64,000 nt of DNA. Source: Mobula hypostoma (lineage: Eukaryota). The stretch covers positions 161,636,001-161,700,000 of the forward strand of contig NC_086097.1 of the NCBI RefSeq assembly GCF_963921235.1, read 5' to 3'. The first letter of the stretch is position 1. Every line of letters starts with the position of its first letter. Under the pieces are notes generated by a model. That model was not told the origin of the DNA. It searched no databases and saw only the letters and a program-made list of their open reading frames with translations. Position numbers and translations under genes: made by a program. This document shows positions 49,179 through 62,878 of this stretch, one piece after another.

Positions 49179-50056
49179 GGCCAGGCAGCATGTCTGGGAA
49201 AAGGTACAGTCGACGTTTCAGGCCGAGACCCTTCTTCAGGACTGACTGAAGGAAGAGTTAGTAAGAGATTTGAAAGTGGGAGGGGGAGGGGGAGATCCAA
49301 AATGATAGGGGAAGACAGGAGGGGGAGGGATGGAGCCAAGAGCTGGACAGGTGATTGGCAAAGGGGATATGAGAGGATCATGGGACAGGAGTCCGGGGAG
49401 AAGGAAAAAGGGGGGGGGGGAACCCAGAGGATGGGCAAGGGGTGTAGTCAGAGGGACAGAGGGAGAAAAAGGAGAGAGTGAGAGAAAGAATGTGCGTATA
49501 TAAATAAATAATGGATATGGTACGAGGGGGAGGTGGGGCATTAGCGGAAGTTAGAGAAGTCAATGTTCATGCCATCAGGTTGGAGGCTACCCAGACGGAA
49601 TATAAGGTGTTGTTCCTCCAACCTGTGTGTGGCTTCATCTTTACAGTAGAGGAGGCCATGGATAGACATGTCAGAATGGGAATGGGATGTGGAATTAAAA
49701 TGTGTGGCCACTGGGAGATCCTGCTTTCTCTGGCGGACAGAGCGTAGGTGTTCAGCAAAACGGTCTCCCAGTCTGGCATCGGGTCTCACCAATATATAGA
49801 AGGCCACATTGGGAGCACCGGACGCAGTATATCACCCCAGCCGACTCACAGGTGTAAGTGTTGCCTCACCTGGAAGGACTGTCTGGGGCCCTGAATGGTG
49901 GTAAGGGAGGAAGTGTAAGGGCATGTGTGGCACTGGGTCTCGGCCTGAAACGTTGACTGTACCTCTTCCTAGAGATGCTGCCTGGCCTGCTGCGTTCACC
50001 AGCAACTTTGATGTGTGTTGCTTGAATTTCCAGCATCTGCAGAATTCCTCGTTTGC
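49179..50056 (-). mobile_element. Penelope-like element with inverted terminal arm, apparently nested in an older PLE relic (~48630-50225)
   Basis: GIY-YIG C-part (RLGDRFAEHLRS...RLEEQHLIFRLG); perfect 14-bp TSD gaaatgaatcattg at 49165-49178 and 50057-50070. Confidence 0.9.
49207..49244 (-). ncRNA. Minimal type I hammerhead ribozyme
   Basis: CAGTC-CTGAAGA-AGGGTCTCGGCCT-GAAAC-GTC-GACTG; perfect stem I, variation at the free N7 position. Confidence 0.78.
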
Positions 50057-50679
50057 GAAATGAATCATTGTTTCATTTCTGAAGAGTGTTTATATCCCTG
50101 GTCAATAGAATGGAAGGAGGTAAAAAGGCAGGTGGTTGTATGGAAAGGAGCCATGAGCAGTAGTATCCTAGAGGTGGAGAAGTGAACCAGAGCATCACAG
50201 AAGGAAAAGTCCTTTCAGAATGAGAAATGTAAAACCACCGTCTCCTTTCCCTCGCAAAGGCGCAATGTAGTTGGGTAAAATGAGGCTAAGGACAGCTTCT
50301 TCGCAGTTGAGAGAGGCAACAGTATGTGTGCTGGAAGAGAAGTCATTGCCAACAATTCTTTGGCTGTGACACCATACATGTGAAAGATTTAGTTACTAAT
50401 TTTAATTTCATTCCTTTAAAAGGTAAATGGGTGAGGACAATGGGTAACAACCGTAAATGGATGTTGCTTGCATTTTTGTATATGTTCAAAATGTTGCCGA
50501 AACAAAAAGATGTAAATAATTTGGTCAGACAGCAACTGCAGGACACGCTAACTTGCTTTTCTTTCCACTGCCTGTCCTGCTGCATATTTCCAATATTTTC
50601 TGATTTCCAGCATCTTTAAGTTTTTTTTGCGTTTCAGTTATCGCTCACCAGCATCCACTAGAGGGACAACGGGCGCAGT

Positions 50680-51292
50680 TTCAGGCAACACACACAAAAA
50701 ATGCTGGTGAATGCAGCAGACCAGGCAGCATCTATGGGAAGTACAGTCAACGTTTCAGGCTGAGACCCTTCGTCAGGACTAACTGAAAGAAGAGATAGTA
50801 AGAGATTTGAAAGTGGGAGGAGGAGGGGGAGATCCAAAATGATAGGAGAAGACATGAGGGGGCGGGATGGAGCGGAAGAGATGGAAAGTTGATTGGCAAA
50901 AGGCTGAAGGGAGAGGATCATGGGATGGGAAGCCTTGGAGAAAGGGGGTGGGGAACCCAGAGGATGGAGTTATAGTGAGAGGGACAGAGGGAGAAGAGAG
51001 CGAGAGAGAAGGTGGGGATAATAAATAAATAAATAAATAAACAAATAAGGGATGGGGTGGAAGGGGATTAAGGGAAGTTAGAGAAGTCAATATTCATTTC
51101 ATCAGTTTGGAGGCTACCCAGACTGAATACAAGGTGTTGTTCCTCCAACCTGAGTGTGGCTTCATCTCGACAGCAGAGGAGGCCGTGGATAGACATATCA
51201 GAATGGGAATGGGACGTGGAATTAAAATGTGTGGTCACTGGGCGATCCTGCTTTCTCTGGCGGACAGAGCGTACGTAGGTGTTCACCGAAAC
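50680..51292 (-). mobile_element. Penelope-like element 3' part with hammerhead at 50744-50781 (GUU site)
   Basis: RLEEQHLVFSLGSLQ; TAGTC-CTGACGA-AGGGTCTCAGCCT-GAAAC-GTT-GACTG. Confidence 0.87.
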
Positions 51293-52110
51293 GGTCACAC
51301 CGGAGTTTACAACTTTCGCTTGATGAGATTAAATGTAATCGGAGTGCTCCACCTTTCGGACAGGGCAAATTCCTGTCGTCAGGAGACGCTCCAAGTGTTG
51401 GAGGATGGGGTACAAGGATCACGATGAAAGTGCTATGTCCGATACAAGGCCGGAATGGCGCACACGCCAGGAGACACGAAAACTTCCGGAATTCAAGGCC
51501 CAGTTTAATGATCGAAGAGGTGGGATTCTGGGAATGAAGCGCATGGAAATGTCAACGCACGCGAAAAACGCGTCGCTCCACCTGCATCTAAAATATATTT
51601 GTTTAATTTTCGTACGCTTTAATACTATATATTAGAACAGCAGGTTTTCGAGGATCTAGCATAGTGAATTCATACTGAGACCGGTGAAGCATTGTTTCCC
51701 TCTTTACATGGATATCTGGCATTAATGGTGGAGGAAGGGGAAGCGCCGGATATCCTGCTGCCTTGTTTTTCATGATCTAATCCTCTCGAGCGTTTGCCGG
51801 AGGGTTCAGTACAATGCTACTCGAAAGTGTTCAAAGCTGGCTGGGGTGTTAATGGTCTGAGACATCTGGAATTTTAACACAAACAAAATTTCAGTCGGCA
51901 CTCTTACGTAGGTGCGGATATCAATAATGCCAAAATATTAGAATTTACTTTACAGTCTTATCACCCACAGGCAGCTTTCCAACACTGCATTTTGCTTCCT
52001 TTTTTTTACGGCAGCAGGCATCCGAGTTGAAGCGACGTTTGTCCTCGGCATTTAAATGCCTTGACCCGCCAAACAGCCACAGTCAGTCAACGGATGTTTC
52101 TCGAACGATG
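51293..52110. promoter_or_regulatory. CpG-rich unique region, possible promoter/enhancer
   Basis: Retained CpGs in non-repeat DNA; ETS-type ACTTCCGG at 51482-51489. Confidence 0.45.
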
Positions 52111-54137
52111 AACTTCTTGCAATTAATAGGCAGAATGGGAGGGCAGTGAAACAAAAGGAACACGAGTGGTTCAATTTCAACATGTTCCCATCATTCCTCC
52201 CCCCCCCCAACGCAATAGTAAAATATGTATTGAAAACTAATTGACGGCAAGTGTAAAATTTAAGCTATCAGCAGCAGCTGAAAAAGTATACCAAAGTACA
52301 TATGGATAAATTGACACACGGGATACATTTGATGGCTTTGATGTTCAATTTACACGACAAGAAAATACTAATTACTCTCAGTTGCCTGCTACTGGTATAA
52401 TATCAAACTTTAAAGTAATTTTATACATATGAGATTAAACTGAGTATTTAAATACCAATAATCAGTAGTTGAAACCATCCTTTGACTAAGTATCTCAATA
52501 AGGAGAAGTCAATCAAATGAAAGGGCTAAATCGATGCATTTTTATTGCCTTGATGAAATTTCATCTTTTAAAAAGATATATTTGTGTAAAATGGTAGATT
52601 TTAGTCATTTTGTAATTTTAAAATGAGCATAAAATGCTTTGTAGTTGCATTATATCTGGCAGGAAAGACCAGCAAAGATAATGGTTTCCTTTCATAGCTC
52701 TACAACGGAAGTTTGTGGTAGCAGTCTTCAACAGAGGAAACTGAGATTAGCCACAGATAATGGTTACAGTGGTAACTCAAGTGGGAAAATATGAACCACA
52801 GAGAAATTAGTGAAAGAAGCTAACATGAATAATATATTAATTCAGGAACTGGGCACACCTGTCGAGATATTTATATTTTTTATTCGCATATATTGATCTG
52901 TAAATTAAAATTGGCTTTAATTCATAAGACATAAATAACTTGGCATTCTCAGAGGTTAATTCCCTTTGATTTACAAAAATATTTATATTTTTGAACGCTT
53001 CAGTTCCATTGGTATTTAATTTATTCTGTTGATAGTGTATTCCAAAACAACTCTGGTTTGCTTCCTTTCTACCAGGATAATTATGTGAAGAAAACTGCCT
53101 GGTGATTTGTCCCAAGACTGCCACACTCATTATTTCTGTGTTGGATGACACTGGATCTAAATTAGGCTACAACTTGATTTAAAAATGTTCATACTTAAAA
53201 CTCTCCCCTTCCTACTACTTTAAATATCTCCAACCAGTCACTGAAATGTTTAAACTTGTTTAATTCCAGAAATTGATGAATTGGCTTACTGTAGTGATGT
53301 ACAGTGGAAAAACTTATCAGGCTTATCCGTCATAGAAATCTTTTTATTACAGCATTGAGGTAGTAATAGCTAAGACAATAGCAAAATACAGAATAAAGTG
53401 TTACACTTACAGAGAAAATTTAGCCAAAATAAGGGGCAGAAACGTGTGCATCTATAATTTATTTACACCACATTCAACTGTTGAAAGCTGAAATCAAAGG
53501 TCTGATATTTCCTCTCTAAACCAAAATTTGTAAACTTACTTTCCTGTAAAATGCTCCTTAAAACTTCTTCCCTGTTATCCCTTTTATGGTTTAATGTCAA
53601 ATTTGGTGTGATAACACTGCTGTGAAGCAGCTTGGTATTTCTTCAGCATTAAAGAAGCTATGTAAATGCAAGTTGCTTTTATTGCGAAAAAAAAACTTGA
53701 ATAATGAATCCAAATGTAAGTAAATGTGATAATGATGTAATCTATCAAAGTTTTTTATTGAGGGATTCACTCAGAATGTGTATATTATATTTATTTATTC
53801 TTCCAGATGTTACGAGTTACATTTTCAATTTGTAAAACTAAACTGAACAATTGTCAACATTTTTGGGTGTGTATTTGAAAACAATAATTATTCACTTGGC
53901 ATATACTTTAACCAGTCCAAATATCTCTTGGTGAATGGTTTGATGAAAATGCTTTCTTACTGCTGTGCCTGATTTACATCCATGATTAAAAAAGATGGTG
54001 AATGTTTCATTTTATGACAACATACTTGTGAAATTTATTCACCTGACACACAGATACCACGGATATTTTGAGGAATTATTCCAAAAGGCACAGTTAATTT
54101 GTTAGGTTGTAAATTAATTTTAAGTGCTTTAGTCATT

Positions 54138-55122
54138 GCCATAGTCATAGTCATACTTTATTGATCCTGGGGGAAATTGGTTTTCGTTACAGTTGCACCA
54201 TAAATAGTTAAATAGTAATAAAACCATAAATAATTCAATAGTAATATGTAAATTATGCCAGGAAAGTCCAGGACCAGCCTATTGGCTCAGGGTGTCTGAC
54301 CCTCCAAGGGAGGAGTTGTAAAGTTTGATGGCCACAGGCAGGAATTGCTTCCTATGATGCTCTGTGATGCATCTTGGTGGAATGAGTCTCTGGCTGAATG
54401 TACTCCTGTGCCCACCCAGTACATTATGTAGTGGATGGGAGACATTGTCCAAGATGGCATGCAACTTGGACAGCATCCTCTTTTCAGACACCACCATGAG
54501 AGAGTCCAGTTCCATTCCCACAACATCACTGGCCTTACGAATGAGTTTGTTGATTCTGTTGGTGTCTGCTACCCTCAGCCTGCTGCCCCAGCACACAACA
54601 GCAAACATGATTGCACTGGCCACCACAGACTCGTAGAACATCCTCAGCACCGTCCGGCAGATGTTAAAGGACCTCAGTCTCCTCAGGAAATAGAGATGGC
54701 TCTGACCCATCTTGTAGACAGCCTCAGTGCTCTTTGACCAGTCCAGTTTATTGTCAATTTGTATCCCCAGGTATCTGTAATCCTCCACCATGTCCACACT
54801 GACCCCCTGGATGGAAACAGGGATCACCGGTACCTTAGCTCTCCTCAGGTCTACCACCAGCTCCTTAGTCTTTTTCACATTAAGCTGCAGATAATTCTGC
54901 TCACTCCATCTGACAAAGTTTCCTACCGTAGCCCTGTACTCAGCCTCATCTCCCCTACTGATGCATCCAACTATGGCAGAGTCATCAGAAAACTTCTGAA
55001 GATGACAAGACTCTGTGCAGTAGTTGAAGTCCGAGGTGTAAATGGAGAAGAGAAAGGGAGACAAGACAGTCCCCTGTGGAGCCCCAGTGCTGCTGATCAC
55101 TCTGTCGGACACACAGTGTTGC
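54138..55122 (-). mobile_element. Rex1/Babar LINE, 5'-truncated, open RT C-half (277 aa)
   Basis: STGAPQGTVLSPFLF, KFSDD, LNVKKTKELVVD; (tatgac)n tail. Confidence 0.92.
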
Positions 55123-55234
55123 AGAAATTAGAAATTGTTGAAAAAACTGACTTACAGAACTGTTCCAGTGTAGAACAAGAACAAAATGTGTCAGTGTAGC
55201 TGTCTCAGTTTTACATCTATCACAATAACTATCA

Positions 55235-55760
55235 ATTCCTCAAACTATCCGTGGTATCTCTGTGTCTGACCAACATGTTATTGCATTTGTTACATTGATA
55301 GCTAGGAGGGCCGTTTTGTTGAAGTGGAAGGATACATCAGCTCCCACTTTGTCACAGTGGTTCTCTCAAGTGATCCATGTCTTAGTTTGGAGAAAATTAG
55401 AAGTTGAACCTTTGAACCTTAATTTGATTTTGAGAAAAGATGGGGTTCATTTGCTCGTTATTATCATTTGAGTTAATTGATAGATTTCCTCCATGATCTA
55501 ATTGTAAATTTTTGGTACATTTTTTTTCTTGCTGGTGGTTTGATGTTTACCTTTAGAAGCTTTTTGTATGACGCATCACTCTGGGGTTGAACACCTAATG
55601 GGGGTCCCCCCCCCCCTTTTTTGCTTAGTAGGGTTTTTTTATCACCAAAATTTTTTCAATCTTTAAAATAATGTTTTTTTCTTGAGACATTGTAAGTGTT
55701 GCTTACTTCGATGTACTCGTGTTAATTTTAGATAATAATAATAAAAAAGATTTGAAAAGA
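55235..55760 (+). mobile_element. L1/Tx1-like LINE 3' fragment
   Basis: IAFVTLIARRAVLLKWK...PTLSQW...LEKI C-terminal signature, T-rich 3'UTR and A-rich tail. Confidence 0.7.
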
Positions 55761-55962
55761 AAGAAATTCATTCAGCTGTTAATGCAAGTGTATATAGGGC
55801 ATTTCCTTTAAATTTGTACAAAACAACATTGTTGTACACATATCTGTTGTTGATACGCAATTTCTGTTCAACAATATTAGTATATTTATTTATGCTCATT
55901 GGTTGAGAACATAAAAAAAAGACCGTGTCGTCAATTACCAGCCCTACATGTCCTGTATCTGA

Positions 55963-56990
55963 TCACAAACAAGAGAAAATCTGCAGATGCTGGAAATCCA
56001 AGCAACACACACAAAATGCTGGAGGAACTCAGCAGGCCAGACAATATCTATGGAAAAGAATACAGTCAATGTTTCGGGTCAAGACCCCTCAGCAGGACTG
56101 GAGAAAAAAAGATGAGGTGTACATTTAAAAGGGGAGGGGAGGAGAGGGGAGGGAGAAACACATGGTGATAGGTGAAACCAGGAAGGGGAGGGGTGAAGTA
56201 AAGAGCTGGGAAGTTGATTGGAGAAAACGATACACGGCTGGAGAAGGGGAAAATCTAATAGGAGAGGAAGAACAGTAGAGGAGGCCATGGTTTGACATAT
56301 CAGAATGGGAATGGGAAGTAGAATAAAAATAAGTGGCCACTGGAAGATCCCGCTTCTTCTGGCAGATGGAGCATAGGTGCTCGGAAAGCGATCTCTCAAT
56401 CTGCATTGGGTCTCACCAACAAACAAGAGGCCACATTGGGAGCACCAAACACAGTACATAACCCCAAAAGACTCCCAGGTATCGCCTCACGTAGAAGGAC
56501 TATTTGGGCCCCTGAATGGTGGTGAAGGAAGAGGTGCAGGGACGGGTAACAACACCTTATATTCCTTCTGGGCAGCCTCCAACCTGACGCCATGAACATC
56601 AATTTCTCTAAACCTCCTGTAATGCCCCCCATACCATTCCCCATCCCCTTTTCCCCTTCTCATCTTATCTCCTTGCCTGCCCATCACCTCCCTCTGGTGT
56701 TCCTACCCCTTTTTCTTTCTTCCATGTCTTTCTGTCCTCTCCTATTAGAATCCCCCTTTTCTTTCACCAATCAACTTCCTAGCTCTTTACTTCACCCCTC
56801 CACTTCCCTGTTTCACCTATCATCTCGTGTTTCTCTCTTCTCCCTCCCCCCTCACATTTTAAATCTACTACTCATCTTTTTTTCTCGAATCCTGCTGAAG
56901 GGTCTCAGCCCAAAACGTTGACCATACTCTTTTTCCAGAGATGCTGCCTGGCCTGTTGAGTTCCTCCAGCATTTTGTGTTTGCTGCTTGG
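55963..56990. mobile_element. Penelope-like element arranged as an inverted pair (minus arm to ~56545, plus arm after)
   Basis: YCVWCSQCGLLFVGETQCRL; both ends carry the terminal repeat with a CTGCTGA-variant hammerhead core. Confidence 0.85.
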
Positions 56991-57602
56991 TTGTCCTGTA
57001 TCTGTGTGGCTTGTAAAAAGTAGTTAAGAGTCAGATAACTTATTCTGGGTCTGAAATCACACGTAGGCCAGACCAGGTATGAACAGGCATGAAACAGATG
57101 GTCTGTAATGATAATCGGATCGTTCAATATAAACCATGATGGACACAAACCTTTTATTCCAGATTAATTATCCATTACAAACCCTATTTATTTTATGTAA
57201 TTGTTTAATCTACAGGAACAGATTGTAACTATGAAGTCAGAAATTCAATCTCCAATCTTGATCGGGTTTCATCTGAGCTCTCCCAGCAGTTAACTTGAAT
57301 ATGCAACATGTTCTGGCTTTCACATAAGACCAAATTGTTTCTTTTCTTTGGATATAGTCCAGTATCAAATATCCAGTTAATATACAGTACTAGACTAAAT
57401 ACAAAAAGACAGATTCTATTAAACTCACTAAATATTTTTGTGCATCACTTGGGATCACTTTTAGACTTAATATATTTCAGTATGACACTGGGACAAAATT
57501 TAGTTTGAATTTATTAATAGCTGGGATTCTGAATAAGGCCATTTATTAACCTGCAATAGATGAAACTGGTTCTTCATTGTTGTTCTCTATCCTATTAAAT
57601 TT

Positions 57603-58096
57603 ACATTCACTGACCACTGTATTTGAAAGCATGCAGAGGTGGCCAAGAGGTTCAGTTGTTGTTCAGACAAACATCAAAATGGGGAAGAAATATGTCTAAA
57701 TGATCATGACATTGGAACAATTGTTGGTGCCAGATGGGGTGGTTTTAATATCTTCGAAACTGCTGATCTGCTGGGGTTTTCTCAGACAATAGTCTCTGGA
57801 GTTTACAGAGAATGGTATAAAAAACAAAGAAGCACGCAGTGAGCAGCAGTTCTGTGCTTGAAAGCACCTTATTAATGAGAGAGGTCAGAGAAGAATTGCC
57901 AGATTTGCTGACAAGAAGGCAACACTAACTCAAATAACTACATGTTACAACAGTGCCGTTCAGAGGAGCATCTCTGAATGCACAACAAGTCAAACCTTGA
58001 AATGAATGGGCTACAGCAGCAGAGGATCACAAACATACGTTCAGTGGCCAATTTATTAGGTACAGGAGGTGACTAATAAAATGGCCACTGAACGTA
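57603..58096 (+). mobile_element. Tc1-like non-autonomous element ending in a TIR hairpin
   Basis: GTIVGARWGGFNIFETADLLGFSQTIVSGVYREW; terminal TA..cagtggcca.tttattag / ctaataaaatggccactg..TA. Confidence 0.85.
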
Positions 58097-58139
58097 TTTA
58101 TTGTCAGGGCCCATGAGAAAGTAAAGGGGATTTTATAAC

Positions 58140-58990
58140 ATAAAATTGTATGCAGAACTGGCTTTTTTGGCCCACAATGTCTGTGCTGACCATGATACCA
58201 AAGGAAACTAATCCGATCTGACTGCACATGATCCATATACTAGCATCCCCTTCATGGTCATGTGTCTGTTGGAGTGCCTCTTAAATGTTCCTATCATGCA
58301 TTCATTCACTACAACCGGCAGTGCAAACCAGTGAACGACCACTTCCTGTGTTTAAAAAAAACTGTCCTGCACTTCATCCTTAAACTTTCCCCTTCTCACC
58401 TTAAAGGCATGCCTCCTAATTTTTGACATTTCTACCATGAGAAAAGGATTCTGTCTATCCTACCTTTGCCTCTTGTAATTCTATGAACTTCTAACAGGCT
58501 TCCCCTCAGCCTCTGCCATTCCAGTGAAAACGATCTATCCAACCTCTCCATATTGCTGATACTCTCTAATCAAGGCTACAACCTGAGGAACCTCTTCTGC
58601 ACCTTCTTCAAAACCTCCATATATGACTAGAAGTGTAAACAGTATTTAAAGGTCACCTAACCAAAGTTATATGCAATTGTAACATAACTTCTCTTGTACT
58701 CAACACCCTGACCAATAAAGGCAAGCATGTTATATGCCTTCTTTACAACCCTATCTTCTTATGTTAACATTTTCAGGGACCTATGGGCTTGGACCCCAAG
58801 ATCACTTGGCATCAATATTTTTAGAGGATCAGTCATTTACAGTGTGTATTCCTCTTACATTATACCTCCCAAAGTGTAACACCTGGCACTTCTCCAGATC
58901 AAACTCTGTCACTTCTCCTTCCTTATCTCAAATTGATCTGCAGTATATCCTGCTACGTCTTTTGACAACCTTCTTCAATATCCATAACTT
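58140..58990 (-). mobile_element. Old degraded CR1 3' fragment
   Basis: Similarity by eye to the CR1 RT C-terminus and 3'UTR. Confidence 0.65.
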
Positions 58991-59559
58991 AGTAACATAT
59001 GAATCATACCTTCAGATATCAGAAAAGAAAATCAAGATATTATTTATGAGCTCCTTGAGTCAGAAGATACTACTTTTAAGAACTTTTAAATGTTGAATTA
59101 ACTCACCAAGGCTGTTTAAACTCACTGGAGCCACAATCCATTTAACTTCATGGGGTCCTGGTTCCCATGCCTCTTTGAAGCTCACCTAGTTCTGTTTCCC
59201 AAACTCCCTTAATTCTCATTGGTCCCATTTCTTAGAACTCACTTCAACATATTGGGTTCACTGGAAAATTATCATCTAGAAAAAGTAAATTAAAAGTGTG
59301 GAGGATTAATTGATTAATTAGAATAACATTATATCGTCCAGAAAGTGTACCTGTCTGACAGGTAAAATTCTGTGCGTATAGGTCTGATGGACTTTCACTA
59401 TATTTTAAATTTTGATTTTCCTGAATTTGTTATATTTTGCTTTTTGATATTTCTCCCCTTCTGCTGGAGTATGATAGCATATGTTGTTAGTATTTTACTA
59501 ATTTGAAATATTCTAAGGCGAAAAAGGAATCAGATCCACGCAGAATCAAACTGACAAAT

Positions 59560-60105
59560 TTACCATTTCTATGGCCTTCATAAATCAATGTATTGAGTAC
59601 AGAAGGTGAGATGTTATATTTGAAAGAGAACAGAGAAAATATACAAGGATGTTGCTGGGTCTGGAGGGCTTGAGTTATAAGGGAAGATAAAATAGGTTAG
59701 AATTGTATTCTTTAGAACTTAGAAGATCGAGAGGAGATTTGATAAGGTATATAAAATTATAAGGGGTTTAGATAGGATAAACGCAAGCGGGCTTTTTCCA
59801 CTGAATTTGAGTGGGCCAACAACCAGAAGCCATGAGTTAAGAGTGAAAGGTGAGTACTTTAAGGGAAACATGAGGGGAAACTTCTTCACTGAGAAGGTCA
59901 TGTGGAATACACTGCCAGCAGAAGTGGTGCATGTGAGCTTGATTTCAACATTTAAGGGAAGTTTGGACAGATACATTGATAGCAGGGATATGAAGGACTA
60001 TAGTCCCAGTGCTATTCGATGTGAGTAGGTAGTTTAAATGATTTTGGCATGGACTAGATGGGCTAAAGGGCCTGTATCTAAGCTGTACTTCTCTATGACG
60101 CTATA
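59560..60105 (+). mobile_element. Degraded CR1 3' fragment
   Basis: TRSHELRVKGEYFKGNMRGNFFT; CR1 tail. Confidence 0.8.
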
Positions 60106-61084
60106 TGAAACGCCCTATATCATTGATTAAATACTTAAGAATTCTTAAACATAACTTTTTAAAAACATTCGCGTCAGAGAGTAGTGAATTTTTGGAATTC
60201 ATGACCCAAGAGGTCAAGGAAATTGAGTTGCTGAACATATTCAATTGAGAAATCAATAGATTTTTAGACAGTAACCACATTAATTGATATGTGATTGGTA
60301 CAGTAAAAGGACTCCAAGGTAAAAGATCAGCTATAATCTTATTGAATTGTGGAGCAGACTCAACGAGTTGAATAGCCTACTCCCAGTTCTATTTTTTAAT
60401 CCGTATTGAAATGATCTAAGAAGATGTAATTTTCTACCCGATCACTGAATCCCAATTCTAGCAGATCCACTTTAAACTTCTATTGTCCCTACCGAACACT
60501 TACTTTCTTCCCACCAGTGCAATATTCCAAATGGAACTTGATTATACATTTCTGGCGCTGTTAACCTGTAGAGTTACCTGGGCCACTCTTCTGTGTCCTT
60601 TGATCCTGAACTTTACCAAACACCACAAAAAATGTATTTTTTTTCAAGTAACATAACTTATCAAAGGATATGGAAAACAATCAACTTCATTGCTGGAATG
60701 TCAGGAAGAAAGAAAGAAAATGTGATCGCTCCAGTTGAATTAGTGAAGTAACTCGATCGAAGATTACTATACCATAACAAAGAAACAAACTCTTTTTCAC
60801 ATTACTTCATACTTTAACAACATGTCAAACCTCCCTTGCCCATGTACAACTAACCTTCAACCTCACATTGGGTTCATACGTAAACTGTATTCTGATGTTG
60901 CTATGGGTTCAATGCTAAATTTCAGAAACTTAGGAAATGCATTCATACACTACCAATTTAATTGCTGTTTAAAATGCTACTGTAAATTATTTATTTGAAT
61001 ATTCAGATTGGTTACAAACCTATGTATATATGCATGTACTAATTTAATCTAATTTCTCTTGACACTCAATATGTGTAGTGTACT

Positions 61085-61995
61085 TCAAAATCAGGTTTAT
61101 TAACGTTGTCTTATATGCTCTGAAATTTGTTGTTTTGTGGCAGCAGTACAGTCTGAAGATATAAAATTACTACAAATTATAAAATAAATATTAGGTGCAA
61201 AAAAGGGATAATGAAGTAATGTTCATACAGTGTTCAAAAATTTGATGTTGGAGGGGAAGAAGCTGTTTCTGAAACATTGAGTGTGGTCTTCAAGCTCCTG
61301 GACCTCCTCCCTGATGGTAATAATGAGAAGAGGGCATGTCCTGGATGGTGAGAGTCTTCAGTGATCAGTGCTGCCTTCTTGAAGCACTGTCTCTTGAGAT
61401 TGCCCTTGATGGTGGGAGAGTTGTGCCCATGATGGAACTGGCTGAATCTACAATCCAGTGCATGGAGCCTCCATACCAGGCAGTGATGCTGTCCACCGAA
61501 TATCTATTAGATATTTAGAAGAGTCTTTGGTGACAAACTAAATCTCCTCAAACTCCTAACAAAGTAGAACTGCTGGTGTGCCTTATACATGATTGTATTA
61601 ATGTATTGGGCCCAGGATAGATCCTCCAAAATGTTAATACCCGGGAACTTAAAGCTGCTCACCTTTTCCACTACTGATCTCCAAATGACGACTGGTACCT
61701 GTTCTCCAGAGATCCCCTTCTGAAAGTTCACAATCAATTTATTGTTCTTGCTAATGTTGAGTGTGAGTTTGTCGTTGCAACTCCTGTTTGCCTTGTCACC
61801 ACGTAAGATTTTACCAACAACATGGTGTCATCTGCGAATTTATAGCAGGTACTCAAACAGTACTTTTCCACACGGCTGTGAGTGTACAGAGAGTAGAGCA
61901 CAGGGCTAAGCATGCATCTTTAAGATGCACCTGTGTTGATTGTCAGTGAGGAGGAGATATTACCAATTCATACTGACTGAGGTCTCCCATTGAGG
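61085..61995 (-). mobile_element. Degraded Rex1/Babar fragment
   Basis: KFADDT; VEKVSSFKF.G.NI.EDLSW. Confidence 0.75.
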
Positions 61996-62169
61996 AAGTT
62001 CATGGATTAAAGTCCATTAATTGTCTTGTGTTTCTGTGATATCATTCTGGAGGAACATTGTATCATTTCTTAATGCATGCATTACTAAATGACAATCAAA
62101 GAGGACTGCGTGTCCTCATAATCTAATCTAATCTAAATGTGATTGAAGTCAAAAGCCTATAGAAACTAG

Positions 62170-62878
62170 AGATGTAATAAAGTATTTATTAACAAAGTAC
62201 ATATATGCCACCATATACAACCCCGAGATTCATTTTCTTGCAGGCATACTTAATAAATCTATAATAGAATAATAACTAGAATAGAATCAATAAAGGACTG
62301 CTCCAATTTGGGCATTCAGCCAGTGTGCAAAAGACAACAAACTGTATAAATACAAAAAGAAATAAATAATAATAATAATTAAGCAATAAATATCAAGAAC
62401 ATGAGATGAAGAGTCCCTGAAAGTGAGATCAAAGGTTGTGGGAACATCTCAGTGATGGGGCAAGTGAAGTTCAGGGAAGTTATCCCCTTTGGTTCAAGAA
62501 CCTGGTAGTTGAGAGGTAATAACTGTTCCTGAACCTGGTGGTGTGAGTCCTGAGGCTCCTGTGCTTTCTTCCTGATTGCAACAGCAAAAAGAGAGCATGA
62601 CCTTGGTGGTGGGGCTCCCTGATAATGGATGCTGCTTTCCTGCGACAATGTTCCGTGTAGATGCTCTCAATGGTGGGGAAGGCTTTACTTGTGGTGGGGA
62701 AGGCTTTACCTGTGATGGAGAGGGCCATAGCCACGACTTTTTGTTGGATTTCCCATTCAAGGACGTTGGTGTTTCCATACCAGGCTGTGATGCAGCAAGT
62801 CAATATACTGTCCAAGTTTGTCATAGTTTTAGATGTCATGCCAAATCTTCACAAACTCCTCAGAAAGCAGAGGTGTTA
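62170..62878 (-). mobile_element. Rex1/Babar 3' fragment
   Basis: SILTCCITAWYG...GHALFLLLQSGRKHRSLRTHTTRFRNSY. Confidence 0.8.

Noticed and set aside
51107..51635. Overlapping ORFs at the second CpG-rich region
   Set aside because: Start inside PLE sequence or are short with no recognisable domain.
52663..52771. Open exon-like segment ERPAKIMVSFHSS...
   Set aside because: Only moderate splice signals, no recognisable homology and no in-frame partner exon found.
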